Below are positions 25,230-39,323 of a stretch of 64,000 nucleotides of DNA, one piece after another. The DNA lies in NCBI RefSeq assembly GCF_964204645.1, contig NC_134031.1, forward strand, positions 12,945,807-13,009,806, in the 5' to 3' direction. Both the position numbers and the translations under genes were made by a program. The first letter of the stretch is position 1, and each line of letters opens with the position of its first letter. Source of the DNA: Tubulanus polymorphus. Taxonomy: Eukaryota > Animalia > Nemertea. A model generated the notes under the pieces. It was not told the origin of the DNA, searched no databases, and saw only the letters and a program-made list of their open reading frames with translations.

Positions 25230-28200
25230 ATGGAAGCAAATAAGTACTACTGCCCAACATGTAATATCAATATAGATAAATCCCAAAAAGCAAGACACAA
25301 TAAAACTAAAACACATTTAGAGAATAAATTGAAATTGAGAATATGAAGATGATATATTAGAAACTAAATTAGATGAATTAAAGAATGAAAAAGAAACATA
25401 CAAATGTGATACATGTAATCAATCATTCAGTGATAAAAGATATTATAATGAACATTTAAAATCATATTAGAAATAAGAATAATTATATTTTAGGTGAAGA
25501 TTATTTTGATAAAGATAATGATAAGAAACAGAAGACAATTAAAAGCAAAAAAAAATAAATTAAACAATAAAAGATCATACATGGAAGATGTAAGAAATTA
25601 TATTAATTCATTAGATAATAAAAAAGACATAGAGATAACCGAAGCATTTAAAAGTGATATTGGCCCAGCAGCTATCGAGTTTAAATTTCATAAAGGAAAA
25701 ACATTAGAAGAAAATAAAAAACATTTAGAAAATATGAAAGAAATAATAAAAATAATAACTGATGTTGAATATCCCAAAATAAGTATATCAGTTAAAGTAA
25801 AGTTTATAAAATCTGAAGATAAACCAATATATAATATAAATTCTCATTCACAACATATTATTTCAAAACAACATATAGATGATAAATTAGATAAATGTTA
25901 TAATGAAGTAAAGAAGAGAAATATTTTGAAGGGTCTGGTTTAATATTTGATGAGATAATATTTATGACTTTACATGTTTATAACACAAAATATAATAAGT
26001 TAACTAAATCAAAACCAATTGATGAAAATAATGTATCATATTATAAAGAACCAGATATTGAAGCATCGAGTTATATTAAACTACCATTTAAAACTAATGC
26101 TGTTATAAATGTACAAAATGGAGATGATAAATGTTTTCTATGGGCTATAATAAGTTGTTTACATCCTGCAACTTATAATATTTGTAGATTAACTCATTAT
26201 AAACCATTTGAAAATAATTATAAGATAGATAAGTATCCTGTTATAATTAAAAACATCCCAAAAATAGAAAGAGATAATAATATAAAGATAAATGTATTTG
26301 ATTTAATCAAATTACCAAATACAAAAGGTAACAATATAAAACATTATATATTAGAACCTTTATATCTATCAAAAGATTATGATTCAAACGATGTTATAGA
26401 TATACTATATTATGAGAATCATTATATGTGGATTAAACAAATAGATTTATTCTTTAGAACAGAAAGTGATCACCATAATAAAATATATCTATGTAGAAAA
26501 TGTTTACATAAATTCAGTAATGAAAGTACATTATTAAATCATAGACAATTATGTGAAAATCATGATTATTGTAAATTAGTTTTACCAAATGAAAAGGATA
26601 AAATATTAGAATTCAAAAAATATGATTACAAAAATAAAGTTCCATTTGTAATATATGGAGATTTTGAATCATTAAATAAAGAATTAACTGATCAAGATAG
26701 AAAAGAAATATATTATAAAAGAAAGAAATTAAATTCTAATGAAAATGATTATTCTGAAGAACCACCAAAAACAAATACTATTAAAAAGATTCATCAATCA
26801 GCTGCTGCTTTCGGGTTATATATAAAATCTGATTATCCAGAACTAATTGAAAGTGAATATTATGATTATAGAAATGAAAATGTTATCAATCATTTTTGTG
26901 GCTTATTAATTGAATATGAAATAAGATTTAGTAAATTATTGAATACAAATATAGAAATGATAATGACAGAAGAAGATAAAGAAGAATTTGAGTTTGCAGA
27001 TAATTGTTATTATTGTGAAAAGATATTTAATTATAAAGATGAAAAAGTAAGAGACCATGATCATTTGAATGGAAAGTTTAGAGGCGCTGCACATGAGAAT
27101 TGTAACTTACAAGCCAAGAAAATTAATTTTGTACCAGTTATATTTCATAATCTATCAGGATATGATGAACATTTATTCATCAAGCAGTTATGCCATAAAA
27201 TAGAAGAAATTAATAATGAAATAGAGAGATTAAATTCAAATAGATCAAAAGATAAAATACCAACTTATAAATTTAGAATGTTAGCTAAAACATCTGAGAA
27301 TTATATATCATTCCAATTTGGGTGTTTAAGATTTATAGATTCATATACATTTTTAAATAGTTCATTAGATAACTTATCAAAATCATTAGTTGATGATGAA
27401 TTAAAAATATTAAAAGAATATTACCCAAATAATGATGATTTTCAATTAATGAGATATAAAGGCGCAATTCCATATTCATTTTATAAGAATCATAATGATT
27501 TTAATATAACTGAATTATTGAAAGAACAATTCTATGATGAATTAAAAAATGAATATGTTAAAGATGAAGTATATAATAGAACATTGAATATTTGGAATCA
27601 TTTCAAAAAAGAAAATCATGGGCAATTAGTAGATATATATCTAAAATCAGATGTATTATTATTAACTGATATATTCGAAAGGTTTAGAGATGTAAACCTA
27701 AAATATTTTAACATTGATCCTTGTCATTGTTATTCATCACAAGGTTTAACATGGGATTGTGGATTAAAATTTACAGATATAAAAATGGATTTGTTAACAA
27801 ATATAGATCAATTACTATTATTTGAAAAAATCTATAAGAGGAGGAGTTTCAGGTGTATTAGGTGATAGATATTTCAATGTAAATGATAACCCTGGATATA
27901 AGTTGTTATATATAGATGCAAATAATTTGTATGGTTGGGCAATGATGGAACCACAACCTTATGGAGTATTTGAATTAACTGAAGTTTTACAGAATGAAAA
28001 TAATGATAAATTTGATTGGAAGAAAAGAATTCTAGATATTGCAGATGATTCAGATTCTGGTTACTTCTTTGTTGTAGATTTAGAATATCCTGAACATATT
28101 AAATTTAAATCTAGAAATCTAGCATACTGTCCCGAACATAAAACCGTTACTCATGAAGAATTATCAAATTATCAAAAAAGAATTAAACCCGAAAATCTTA

Positions 28201-29249
28201 TTCATACAGAAAAGTTAATGGTAACTCAGGAAGATAAATATAATTATGTAGTACATTATAGAATGTTAAAGTTTTATTTGAGTCAAGGAATGATTCTAAA
28301 AAAAGTACATAGATATATTTCATTTAGTCAATCTAAGTGGTTAGAAAAATATATAGATTTTAACACCAAACAGAGAACTGAAGCTAAAACTGATTTCGAG
28401 AAAGATTTCTTCAAGTTAATGAATAATGCATTCTATGGTAAGACTTGTGAAAATATTAGAAATAGAAATGATATTGAGTTAGTTAGTGATGGTAAAAGAA
28501 TTAGACATTTACAATCATATCCTAAGTTCATTGGTAACAGAATATTTGATGAAAATTTAGCCGCAGTTAAGATGAGAAGAACATCAATGAAATTTAATAA
28601 ACCAATCTATGTTGGCGCTTCAGTTTTAGAATTATCAAAATTACTAATGTATGAATTCTATTATAATGTATTACAACCACTTTTTGGAGAAAAACGTATA
28701 GAAATATTATATTTTGATACTGACAGTTACGTATTAAAAATAAAAACTGATAACATAACTGATGATTTAAAAACATTAAAACGTCATTTTGATTTCAGTA
28801 ACTATCCTAAAGATCATGAATTGTTTAGCAATGATAATAAAAAAGTTCCAGGTAAATTCAAAGATGAATTAGGTGGTGAAGAAATGATAGAGTTCATAGG
28901 TATTAGATCTAAAATGTATTCATATAAAACTAAAGAACATGAAGCTAAAAAGTTAAAACGAATAACCAAAAATGTAGTAGAAAAGAATATTCATTTCAAA
29001 GATTACATCAATTGTATATTCAATGAAGAAGTTAGAAAACATAAGATGAGATGTTTAAGATCTGAAGATCATGAAATGTTTATTGAAGAAATTGAAAAGA
29101 TAAGTCTAAACCCATTTGATGATAAAAGATATATTTTAGATGATGGAATTCATACAGTTGCTTATGGTTGTAATTTAGATGAATACTTAAAATTTAAAAG
29201 AGAAGAAACAAAAGAGAACGAGATAATGAAAAGAATTCTAACGTGTTAA
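25230..29249 (+). pseudogene. polB: pPolB (B), several frameshifts, intein-free
   Basis: Start MEANKYYCPTC; ORFs 25494, 25964, 27822; contiguous YFDTDS. Confidence 0.93.
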
Positions 29250-29278
29250 TCAAATTTTAATAAAAAAATGTCTTATAA

Positions 29279-29632
29279 ATGGAGAGTAAACAAACACACA
29301 GTGAGAACAACAAATTATTTCTAGATAGAATTAAAGATATCACAAATGTAAAATCTGTAGATTATAAATTCAAAAATTTAACAGAATTAACAATTCATAA
29401 GAAATATCTAATTACAAATATTGATACAGTTACTAATAACTATGGAGATAAATTAGTTATACACTTAGAATATGAAGGATTAAAAGGAAATACATATAAA
29501 TTCAGAACATATTTACCGGATAGATTTCATAGATTATCAAGTGAAGATCTAGAAGAATTATGTTCTGGAGATTTCTATTCAGTATACAAAGGTAAGAATG
29601 AAAAAGGGCACCATGAAATAGATTTCGAATAA
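29279..29632 (+). CDS. Conserved 117-aa protein
   Basis: Near-identical to 7001-7354. Confidence 0.7.
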   Translation: MESKQTHSENNKLFLDRIKDITNVKSVDYKFKNLTELTIHKKYLITNIDTVTNNYGDKLVIHLEYEGLKGNTYKFRTYLPDRFHRLSSEDLEELCSGDFYSVYKGKNEKGHHEIDFE

Positions 29633-29646
29633 AATATGTAAAATAA

Positions 29647-30405
29647 ATGGTAGAATTAAAAGAATACAGAATATTTGTTGATTCTAGAAGACTTACTAAT
29701 TATAAATCACATAATTTACTAGTACAATTAGATAGAGAATTTAAGAATTGTGTAGATTTAAAATTAGTTAATATAAGTTTATGTAATTCTTTTTATAATA
29801 TATCGAATAAAACTATTGAACATAGAGCTTTTTTAATTTTTAATGAAAATAAAAATGAATGGGCCTATATATATTTAAAACCGGGGTTATATAATTTAGA
29901 TACATTGGCACAAGAAATTAATAGAAAAGCCTGGCACAAGTCAGGTAATAATTCCGGGTTTGATATTAGATTTTGAAAAAGTGAGAGTACTGACAAAATA
30001 AAGATAAGGTTGTCTAATAGTGAAAAACATGCATTTATGGTAAAAAAACCTATAGCTAAACTGTTAGGAATTCCTCCAGATAAATCTTTTACAAATATTG
30101 ATGCTACACCAAACTTAATACCTTTTACACACTTTTATATCTATTGCAATTTAATCGATCCTACAAAAACATTCGAAGCAACTAAAGATATAACTTGTAA
30201 TTCTGGTTAACTAAACATTTTACCATTGAAGAATGTTAAAGAATTTGGAACGCAAATAAATTATAATTTAACAGAGTGTGATTTCAAACCATGCATTCCT
30301 CGTTTTAATAATTTTAGATTAGAAATTAGAAATCATAATGGATACTTAATTGATTTAGATAATTTCCCTGTAATTTATGAATTAGTTATAAGATGTAGAG
30401 AGTAA
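29647..30405 (+). pseudogene. Penton (B), two in-frame stops
   Basis: Homologous to 49063-49821; stops at 29974 and 30208. Confidence 0.75.
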
Positions 30406-30422
30406 ATTTTTTCACTATATAA

Positions 30423-30764
30423 ATGAATATAACTGTTGGACCGAGTATATGTTTTGGGTTTGATTTTAAACATGGTAAAGAAATGAGAATTAAACTAAAT
30501 GATGTAATTACTGATATAAAAAGTAAATCATTTAACAATGCATCAATGATTAATAAAGAAAATTATAATATAGAAAAAGTAATTGATTTAATTTAATCAC
30601 CTTTAGAATATTATGAATTAAATGAAGATGGAATTATTGATGATATTAAAAACATATTAACCAAAATATATGATAATCATAAAAGTAGTAATGAAATAAA
30701 TGTTGATTTAATCATAAATAAGTTAACTAAATATTTTGATGATAGTAATTTTTTTGATAAATAA
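30423..30764 (+). pseudogene. Homologue of 118-aa acidic protein, internal stop
   Basis: MNITVGPSICFGFDFK start and YFDDSNFFDK end shared with A and C. Confidence 0.7.
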
Positions 30765-30986
30765 ATGAGTGATGATAAGTGGATAATAACTGGATTATAT
30801 AATGGAGCATTACTATCAGTTGGAACTGTTGGTTATTCAATGGTATTAAAAAAAGTATTCAAAATGGGAAGTGTTAATGTTGATAGATTTGATATAAATG
30901 ATATCTTAAAATTAACCTTAGCAGTTACTTTATCTAATTTAACTATTGATTATTTAGAAAAACAAAAATATATTCCTCCTATATAA
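30765..30986 (+). CDS. Small hydrophobic protein (73 aa)
   Basis: Homologue of 8506-8727. Confidence 0.8.
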   Translation: MSDDKWIITGLYNGALLSVGTVGYSMVLKKVFKMGSVNVDRFDINDILKLTLAVTLSNLTIDYLEKQKYIPPI

Positions 30987-31010
30987 ATGCGTAATTATTT
31001 TACTAAATAA

Positions 31011-31433
31011 ATGGCTTCTGCAGTTATAACTATTATAGGATCGGCAATTGTTAACGCTTAAGCATTTACTGGTGGTGGTTATTTATTTAAGCATATTGAT
31101 AAAAATGGATCATTAACAGAACAAAAAAGACATAACTTAGCATTAGAGAAATATAATAAAGCAGCAGAAGAATATAGAGAAAAAAGGCAAAACTATATGG
31201 ATTACATCAATAAAGAATTATATGATCAGAAGATTTCACATAGAGATTTTCAATCAGTTGATGATGCAATGAGTTTATATAACGCGGTAACCAATAAAGA
31301 AAAATTACATCTATACAAACCTAAATTATCAGATTATTATACCCCAAGTAATGAACAGAAGAAATATGAAATAATATGGATTTTAGGTGGAACAGTTATT
31401 GTTATATTTGTTGCTTATAAATTTACTAATTAG
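31011..31433 (+). pseudogene. 140-aa membrane protein, stop at 31059
   Basis: TTA to TAA change relative to A and C. Confidence 0.8.
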
Positions 31434-31453
31434 TAATTTTTTTTGCTAAATAA

Positions 31454-31888
31454 ATGGAAGATAAAGTTGATAATATTGATATTATTCCTCATGATATAAA
31501 TAAAACTAAATTAAAAACATATTTAGAAAAACAAATATTAGAATTTGAAAGTGACTTAAAGATAAAAAAGAAAAAATATTTAAAAAGTAAAATTATATAT
31601 TATCTTATTATCAGTGGTTCGGTTACAATTAGTTCTGTAATAACATTTCTAGCAATATTCAGTCCACTAACACCTTTAGCTATATCAATTGGTGTATTAG
31701 GATTAAGTTCAAGTGTTTTAACCGGTATAAGTTCAAAATTAAATATAAAAAGTAATAAAGAAAAAATTAAAACTAATATAAAAGAGATTAATAAATTAAA
31801 GAATACACTAGATTATATAATAAGTTTAAATGGCCATATAACAGTTGAAGAACAAGATAAATTATTAAAAGAATTAATAAATTATTAA
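31454..31888 (+). CDS. Two-TM membrane protein
   Basis: Homologue of 9195-9629. Confidence 0.8.
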   Translation: MEDKVDNIDIIPHDINKTKLKTYLEKQILEFESDLKIKKKKYLKSKIIYYLIISGSVTISSVITFLAIFSPLTPLAISIGVLGLSSSVLTGISSKLNIKSNKEKIKTNIKEINKLKNTLDYIISLNGHITVEEQDKLLKELINY

Positions 31889-31904
31889 TTTTTTGATTAT
31901 ATAA

Positions 31905-33254
31905 ATGGTAGATAGTTTTCCAAAAGCTTTCCAATATAACAAATCAATTAAATATAATATTCCAGCAATAGATTTTAATAAAGATATTACATATAGAAAT
32001 GAAGTTTTAAATTCATTAATTGATTTATCTATTTATGTTACTGAACGTAATAATTTTCATGTAAAGATGGAAAATATATTTCATGTGTATACAATTAATT
32101 TCAAAAATTTAAATGAGGCAAAACAATGGTTATTAAAATCTAATATGAAGTATTGGCAGAACCAATTAAATTTTGCTGTTTATTGTGCAACAACAGGATG
32201 TGGAATAAGTTGGAATGATCATTTAAACAAACCAAGTTTACCATTGATGTTATCACTTTTTAGATTTCATACATATTTTCAAATAAAATTAATATTAGAT
32301 GAATTAGAATGTCCTATACCAGGTTCAAAATATTTTAAAGAATTGAATAATAATATTAATTTTTCTAAGTTTTATAAAATATGTAATGAATTTAATATTA
32401 ATTCAAATAAAGATTTTAGAGCAAAAATTGGAACAATGGGTGGATAAGGAATATTGTATACTAAAGAATTTGGAAAAATAATGACAAATTCAGATATAAG
32501 AACACTAAATTGGAATGTATTACCAAAATATTATAATAATATACAACAACAAAATAATAATGGTTGGGTTAATTTCATTTTAGAAAATGGTGAAGATTTT
32601 ACTAAAGCTGGAATACAAAGAATAAATCAATCTATTAGAACTTATTTAATTTGTATTTTAGGTGCACAAGTTGAAACAAGATCCCCAATAATTGGAAATG
32701 ATAACACATTCGATGCGCAGAAACAATTTAAAGTATTATTTGAAGATTCAATTCATAATGATAAAAATAGATCGATTCCAGAAAACATTGTAAGATATCA
32801 AAATTATTTAGATAAATCACATATTAGATTAAATTATTGTATAGGCCCTAATCTATTAATTATTTCTAATGATTTAGTATTAAAGATGGGAAATATAATT
32901 GGTTATAATAATCTAATTAAAACTGCAACAATAAATAATTCATTTGGATTAAATGATATAAATAAAAAGATTATCACTGCTCCAAAATTAATGGAAGGTG
33001 AAAAAAATAAAAAACATATTCAATCAACAGAAACTAAAACTAATAATATTAAATTAAATAATGATTCTAAAATAAAAGATTACAATACATCAGAAAATAT
33101 AAAAACTGATAATGGTGCCGTATGGCACCCACACGGTGATATTCAACATGTTATAATTAAACTAAATGATGATAATAAATCCCATGAAAATACTAAATTA
33201 GCTATAACTTGTATAGGAATTGTAATCGGAGGAATATTATATTTTAAATTTTAA
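31905..33254 (+). pseudogene. Conserved ~450-aa protein, one in-frame stop
   Basis: ORFs 31905-32447 and 32454-33254 in the same frame. Confidence 0.75.
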
Positions 33255-33270
33255 TTTTTTTATTATGTAA

Positions 33271-34850
33271 ATGGTAGAAGGTGAAGAAGATATTCCATTG
33301 GGTGACATGGGAAATAATAATGAAGGATATACTGATGATGATTATAATGATGCAGAAACTAATATTGATGATGGTAATGAATCAGCATATAATTCTAATT
33401 TAGCAGATAGTGGTTCTAAAGCCCCATCAACAGATGAATTTGATAGAAGAACTAGATCGAGAATACCTCCTGAAAACTTAAATCAAGGTTTATCAAGACA
33501 AGATTTAGAATATAATAAAATTATTTATAAATTCAAACCTGTATTTGAAAGATCTGGGTATAATATAAGTGATAGAGATGCTGAACTTTTAGTAGAAAAT
33601 TTAAAACTTTTTAAAGGTAAATATTATTATCATTTGGATGGTGATTATTATATTGATATCACTAATCAAAGGACAAAACTAAATAAAATATTAGCGGAAT
33701 CAACTTTGAAAAATTTAGAAACATTTAGAATTAAGAGAATAAGTAATAGTAATGAAATAACTGATGTTACACAAGAAGAAAGAGATGATAATATAACAGA
33801 ATTTAGTGAAAGAATTGATGACTTATTAAAAATAATCAATAAAATTCAGAAACAGAAATGGAAGAGTATAGAGATCGATTAGATAAATTAAGATCTTCAA
33901 CACCTGAAACATCGAGAAGAGATATTCAACAAATTGATAATGATTCAAGCCAATTAAATTATGGTAAAATAATTGATACAATGAATTCATTTGAAGAAGA
34001 TATGATTAGTATTTTAGATACGCCCGGTACTGAAACTGGAATAAATCGAATACTATCTTTACTAGAAAAAGGATTACTTGATTTAACTGATGATGAATTA
34101 GAAGAATTTCCTGAACTAGCACGTAGAGAAATTAAAGGTGTACAAATATCAGCTGGTGAAATTGCTAATATTAAGATGAGATTTTCTAAAATAACCATGT
34201 TAGATAAAGAATTAGCTAATGCAAATGAAGAATTAAAACAATTAGAATTAAATAAAAATCTTCAAGTAATAGAGGAAGCTGATTATGAAAGCAGAAAGTT
34301 AGCTTTAGAAAAAGAAATAGATGATTTAAAATATAACAAAGAATTACAGGAAAAAGAAAGAGATACATTATTAAAATCATATGATCTTTATCATATTAAA
34401 AAATTAAAAGTTATTTTTAAAGATTTGTTGATTAAACCAAATTCTAAAATATCATTAAAAGACAGAATGAGATTATTATTTAAGTTAGAAGGTATAACAA
34501 TTCTTTCAATTCTAACATCTGTAACTATGGTATTTACAACAATTGGTTTAGCAATATCAAATGCTTTAAAATCTACTCCTACTCCAAATAAACCGGATAA
34601 ACCCCCAAATGACAAAAATTCTATACAAGATAAAGTTAAAGATGGTTTAAAGAAATTAGCAAAATATTTATGGGAACTATCTAAAAAATCTGCTGCAGCA
34701 TTGCCAGGAATTATTGCATCAATTGTTGGTTTTATATTGAAATCTGCAGGAAACATTATTAACTTTGCTGCTGAACATATTATTTTATTTTTAATTACAG
34801 TTGTAAGTGCTATTATTTTTGGGTTAGTAAACATGATAAAAAATAAATAA
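33271..34850 (+). pseudogene. Coiled-coil/TM protein, one frameshift
   Basis: ORFs 33271-33882 and 33858-34850. Confidence 0.75.
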
Positions 34851-34871
34851 TTAATTTTTTTTGTTAAATAA

Positions 34872-36115
34872 ATGAGTGGGAGTTATATCAATCCTTCTAA
34901 GAATCATAGAATATCTAATGCTATTAAAGCAGAAAGATCACACCATATAATTACTCATAACCTTATAATATTAATCCCGATGAAACTTTATATGTTAGAA
35001 TCCCTCGACTAACACAAAATACTTTATACGTTCCAAATAGTATTTATTTATCAGCCGATATAAAAGTAACTGGTAATAATAATAATTATGTTGTTGATAA
35101 TGTTGGAAGGTATTTGATTAAAAAATTAACAATAAAGATCGGTCCAGAAACAGTTTTCTCATTAGATGATTATAATTTATTTATGCATTATAAAGATTTA
35201 TGGTTAACTAAAGAAAATAGAAATAATATGATATTTCAAGGAATCCAATCAGAAAACCAAAATAAATTAAGATCAGAAGCTAATAGCGCAATATTAACTA
35301 ATGCTGTAGATAAATTGATAAAAAGTATATATGGAAGCAAATATAAAATTCCATTAGACTTTGAATTGATAAATAACAATGCACCTTTATATAAATACGC
35401 AATTCAAGAAGACGTTATATTCGAAATAACATTTGCTCCTGTAAATGAAATTGTATTATCTAGCGTTAATAAAGATATGAGTTATAAATTATCGAATATA
35501 TGTTTAGAATATGACACAGTAACTGATGAAAATATTTCAAGTATAATTCAAACTAAATACAATCAAGGATTTTCATTATTATATGATTATATTGATAAAT
35601 TTAAAACTGTAACTATTAATGCAAATGATGAAATAATTAATGAGAATATTAACTTCCCAAGAAGATCTATTAAAGGTATATTAATATTTTTTACTATTGC
35701 AACATATACTAATGGTGCAATAAATGTTGATAATTATTATAATCCTGAAATAACAAAAGTAGAAATAACTATCGAAGGAATAGCAAATAAAATATTTTGT
35801 CAAGGAATGAGAATGATTGATCAATGGCCAGAAATTAGAAAACATTTTATGAATGAAAAAGTAAAATCATCTGAAAATTGTAATATTAATCAAATTGATT
35901 ATTATACCGGTAATAAATATGCATTATGGTTAGATTTTAGAACAACAGAGGATAATTCATTACATGGTTCTGGAAAAAAACTACAGAACATTAAAGATGG
36001 AATACAATTATTCATGACAAAAAATAAAGGAATCAAAAATTTTAAAATGCACATTTATATTATATCTGACGCGCAATTAAATATTGTAAATTCTCAATTA
36101 AATAGTGTTATGTAG
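34872..36115 (+). pseudogene. Major capsid protein (B), 5' frameshift
   Basis: Near-identical to 12719-13966; indel near 34965. Confidence 0.8.
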
Positions 36116-36150
36116 TAAAATTTTAACTTTGATAAAAATTTATATAATAA

Positions 36151-37017
36151 ATGGAAGGAGGTAAAGTATATAAACATATTCCATACATCGATACACATGA
36201 CAATAATGATGGTTTATATTATGTAATACCTTGTAATATAGCTTTGATATTTGATCCTATTTTCAAAATTTATAAAACTAAACTAATAGAAATCGATAAT
36301 AATAAAAGTGGTGTTGTTGATAATTTAAGTAATGTAATTGATAATAATGTAATACCTACTACATCTAATAATGTAATACCTACTACATCTAATAATGTAA
36401 TACCTTCTACATCTAATAATGTAATACTTTCTACATCTAATAATGTAATACCTTCTACATCTAATAATGAAATAATATTAAATGTTAGTGGAAATAGAAA
36501 TTATTGTGGATATTGTAAAAGTGAATTTTCAAACGCTACATCAAATTGGAATAAACATATGAATACAAGGGTACATATAAATAATGTTATAGAACGTGTT
36601 GGTTTAAAAGAATTTATAGAACACCCATTTAGATATGTTACAAAGTTTGTTTCAAATCAAAAAGTAAATGGTGAAAAAATATATGAAGGTTTATTATTAG
36701 TAACACCTAATAAAGATGAATTAGATCTAACCAATGCTAATGAAATATTTAAACCAAACACTGTAAATGAAATATTAGGAGCAAACACTAATAAAGATAA
36801 TAATGAAAATACAGGAAAGCGCATTGATAATAAAGATTCTATGAAACTTAAATCAGAAAATAAAGATATAGTTGAGATGACTAATAAGTATATCAATAAA
36901 CCAATTATTTATGAAGATACGGTAGAGCATTTGAATAAATTGTTAGGGTCTGATTATGAATTGGAGAGTGATGATGAAAGTGATTCAGAAAGTAATTATC
37001 TAACACTCAAAAAGTAA
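36151..37017 (+). CDS. Zn-finger protein with NNVIP(T/S)TS repeats
   Basis: Intact 288-aa ORF, homologue of 13999. Confidence 0.8.
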   Translation: MEGGKVYKHIPYIDTHDNNDGLYYVIPCNIALIFDPIFKIYKTKLIEIDNNKSGVVDNLSNVIDNNVIPTTSNNVIPTTSNNVIPSTSNNVILSTSNNVIPSTSNNEIILNVSGNRNYCGYCKSEFSNATSNWNKHMNTRVHINNVIERVGLKEFIEHPFRYVTKFVSNQKVNGEKIYEGLLLVTPNKDELDLTNANEIFKPNTVNEILGANTNKDNNENTGKRIDNKDSMKLKSENKDIVEMTNKYINKPIIYEDTVEHLNKLLGSDYELESDDESDSESNYLTLKK

Positions 37018-37019
37018 TA

Positions 37020-37372
37020 AAGGTTGAAAATTGTATAAAATAATAGTAAATAAAAAAGGGGGTTTTAAGTATTAAGGTATCTAATACGTATCTAATACGT
37101 ATCTAATACGTATTTAATACATATTATTTGAAAATACCTTAAATTATATTTCTTTTTTAAATTTATATTGAAACCTCAGTAATAATAAATAACCTTTATT
37201 ATTTTCAAACTTATTCATATATTAGTTGAAAAAATAAAAATAAATTGGTTGAAAATTGTATAAATAATATTTATTTTTAAAAAGGGGGTTTTAAGTATTT
37301 AAGGTATCTAATAGGGTATCAGGTATTAGGGTATCTAATTTGGTATCTAATAGGGTATCTAATACATAGGTA
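37020..37372 (+). repeat. Intergenic block with GTATCTAATA iterons
   Basis: Homologous to 14900-15212. Confidence 0.85.
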
Positions 37373-37530
37373 TATTTTAAACATATTTCAATATTTATAT
37401 TTGTATGAGTTAGATTTTTAAACATTAAAAGTGTTAGTAAAGTTTTATTGAAATAATTCATATATATTCATGAATAACATATAAATGAATAACTTCTAAA
37501 ATCAATTTAGTAAAAAAATATGTATAATAA

Positions 37531-38179
37531 ATGGAACCAGAACAACCACAAACTATCAATATTACAAATAACACTGGTGTCATAAACATATACTACAAGA
37601 AGTGTTCTAAATGTGAATTAGATAAATTAGCTTTAACAGAATTTAGTAAGCGTAAGATTAGCAAAGATGGTTTTCAATATTGCTGTAAAACTTGTTTTAA
37701 ACTATATACCAAACAATATCGAGAAGATAATATAGAACATTATAATTATGGCAGAATATGTGAGAGAAAGATATAAAACAGATCTTAATTTTAGATTGAA
37801 ACAATGCTTAAGGACTAGATTAACACAATCATTCAACAAAGAAACGCATTCAGAAACATTATCTAATTTGTTGGGTTGTTCAGATGAATTTCTCAAATCA
37901 TGGATTATATTTCAATTCGATGATAAAATGAATATAGATAATTATGGTGAATACTTTCATATTGATCATGTGTTGCCGATTTCTAAATTTGACATGAATG
38001 ATGAATACAATAAGAAGCTAATATGGAGCTGGAAAAATTTAAGGCCTTTAGAAAAGAAGGAAAACATAATTAAATCTAATAAACTAGATATACAGTTATA
38101 TTTAGATCAACTGGATAAAGCAAAGACATTTGTTGAATTATGGAACTCAACACATAATGAAAAATACGTTGAATGTTAA
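37531..38179 (+). pseudogene. HNH endonuclease of the type common in large DNA viruses, one frameshift
   Basis: KKCSKC..CCKTC N-terminus; LLGCS..DNYGEYFHIDHVLP..NLRPL..ENIIKSNK. Confidence 0.8.
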
Positions 38180-39323
38180 ACGCTTAGAAAACCGGTTACT
38201 CTCGATCTATGTCAAACCGCCTGTATGTAATTGTATTAGGTTGTTTACAAAAGCATCTGTCGCACGTTATATTCATTGAATAGGGTGTACCTCATTTGAA
38301 TATTGATCGAATGTTCTATTTCAGTTGAAAAGGATTAATCAATAACATTACAAAGGAACATCTGTTGCACAGACAGTGTTTAGCTAGTGAATAACTGGCA
38401 GTTATAAACGCGCAGCACATAAGCATAGGAACGTATAGGATATTCTCTCTATAAACACAATTTTAGGAGTTTACAGTTATAAATGTAAGTACTGTTTTTG
38501 TTGTTATTAATGCGTTGGGAAACGTTAAACATGTAAAACTTATCCTGGTAAGATGCGCCACAAATGGTTATGTTTAAGTGTTGTAATTAATATTTTACAA
38601 CTACAACTTCAAGTTAGTTTTATTCTACGTTAGATATTTATCTTCTAGATAACAAAATGAAGACCATTGAATCAAGAAAGTGAAGATAGGAAGATGTGGA
38701 ATCAGAAATTATGGATATTTCAACTCATGAGACTGTAGCAGTTTAGCCATACTGTATAGGCTTTCAATGCATTACGTTTGCCGGAATTTCAATTGTGTCA
38801 TTCAGCTGTTGTTAATGTCACACACAGTGACAGATGTTGTATTATACTTTATTGATTCCTGCATTCCACGCATACCTTACCGCTCCTCTCAGGAGCGGCT
38901 TGGAATGTGGAAATCGATAATGATTGTAGAATGAAATATATGTGTTTATGAAATAGTATTTCCACCAGTCGTTTATTTGAATTTATTTTCAGTTTAAGGA
39001 TTTATTATCAAGAATCGGAAATGACTTATCTGGACAGTTATAATTACTGCTCCTAATAGATAGACAATAGTAGTGAGATAATCTAAATCCTAATTTAAAT
39101 AAAAAGTATTTAAAAAACAATAACTTCAACTAGCTAGTGAATTCTATTATATTTTTAATATTTTCTTTTCAAAAGAGAATACTTTATATTTTGAATAGAT
39201 TCAAATAGAAATTCTTTAAATTCAAATAGCTAGTATCAGTAGTCAATACTAGAATTCTTTAACTTTAACTATCTAGTATCAGAATACTTATAATATTTTT
39301 CTTATTAAATTTCTCTTATATAA

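Noticed and set aside
25230-29249. Programmed frameshifting or alternative genetic code explaining split genes
   Set aside because: Breaks fall at different positions in each copy and include all stop types and indels; decay or sequencing error is simpler
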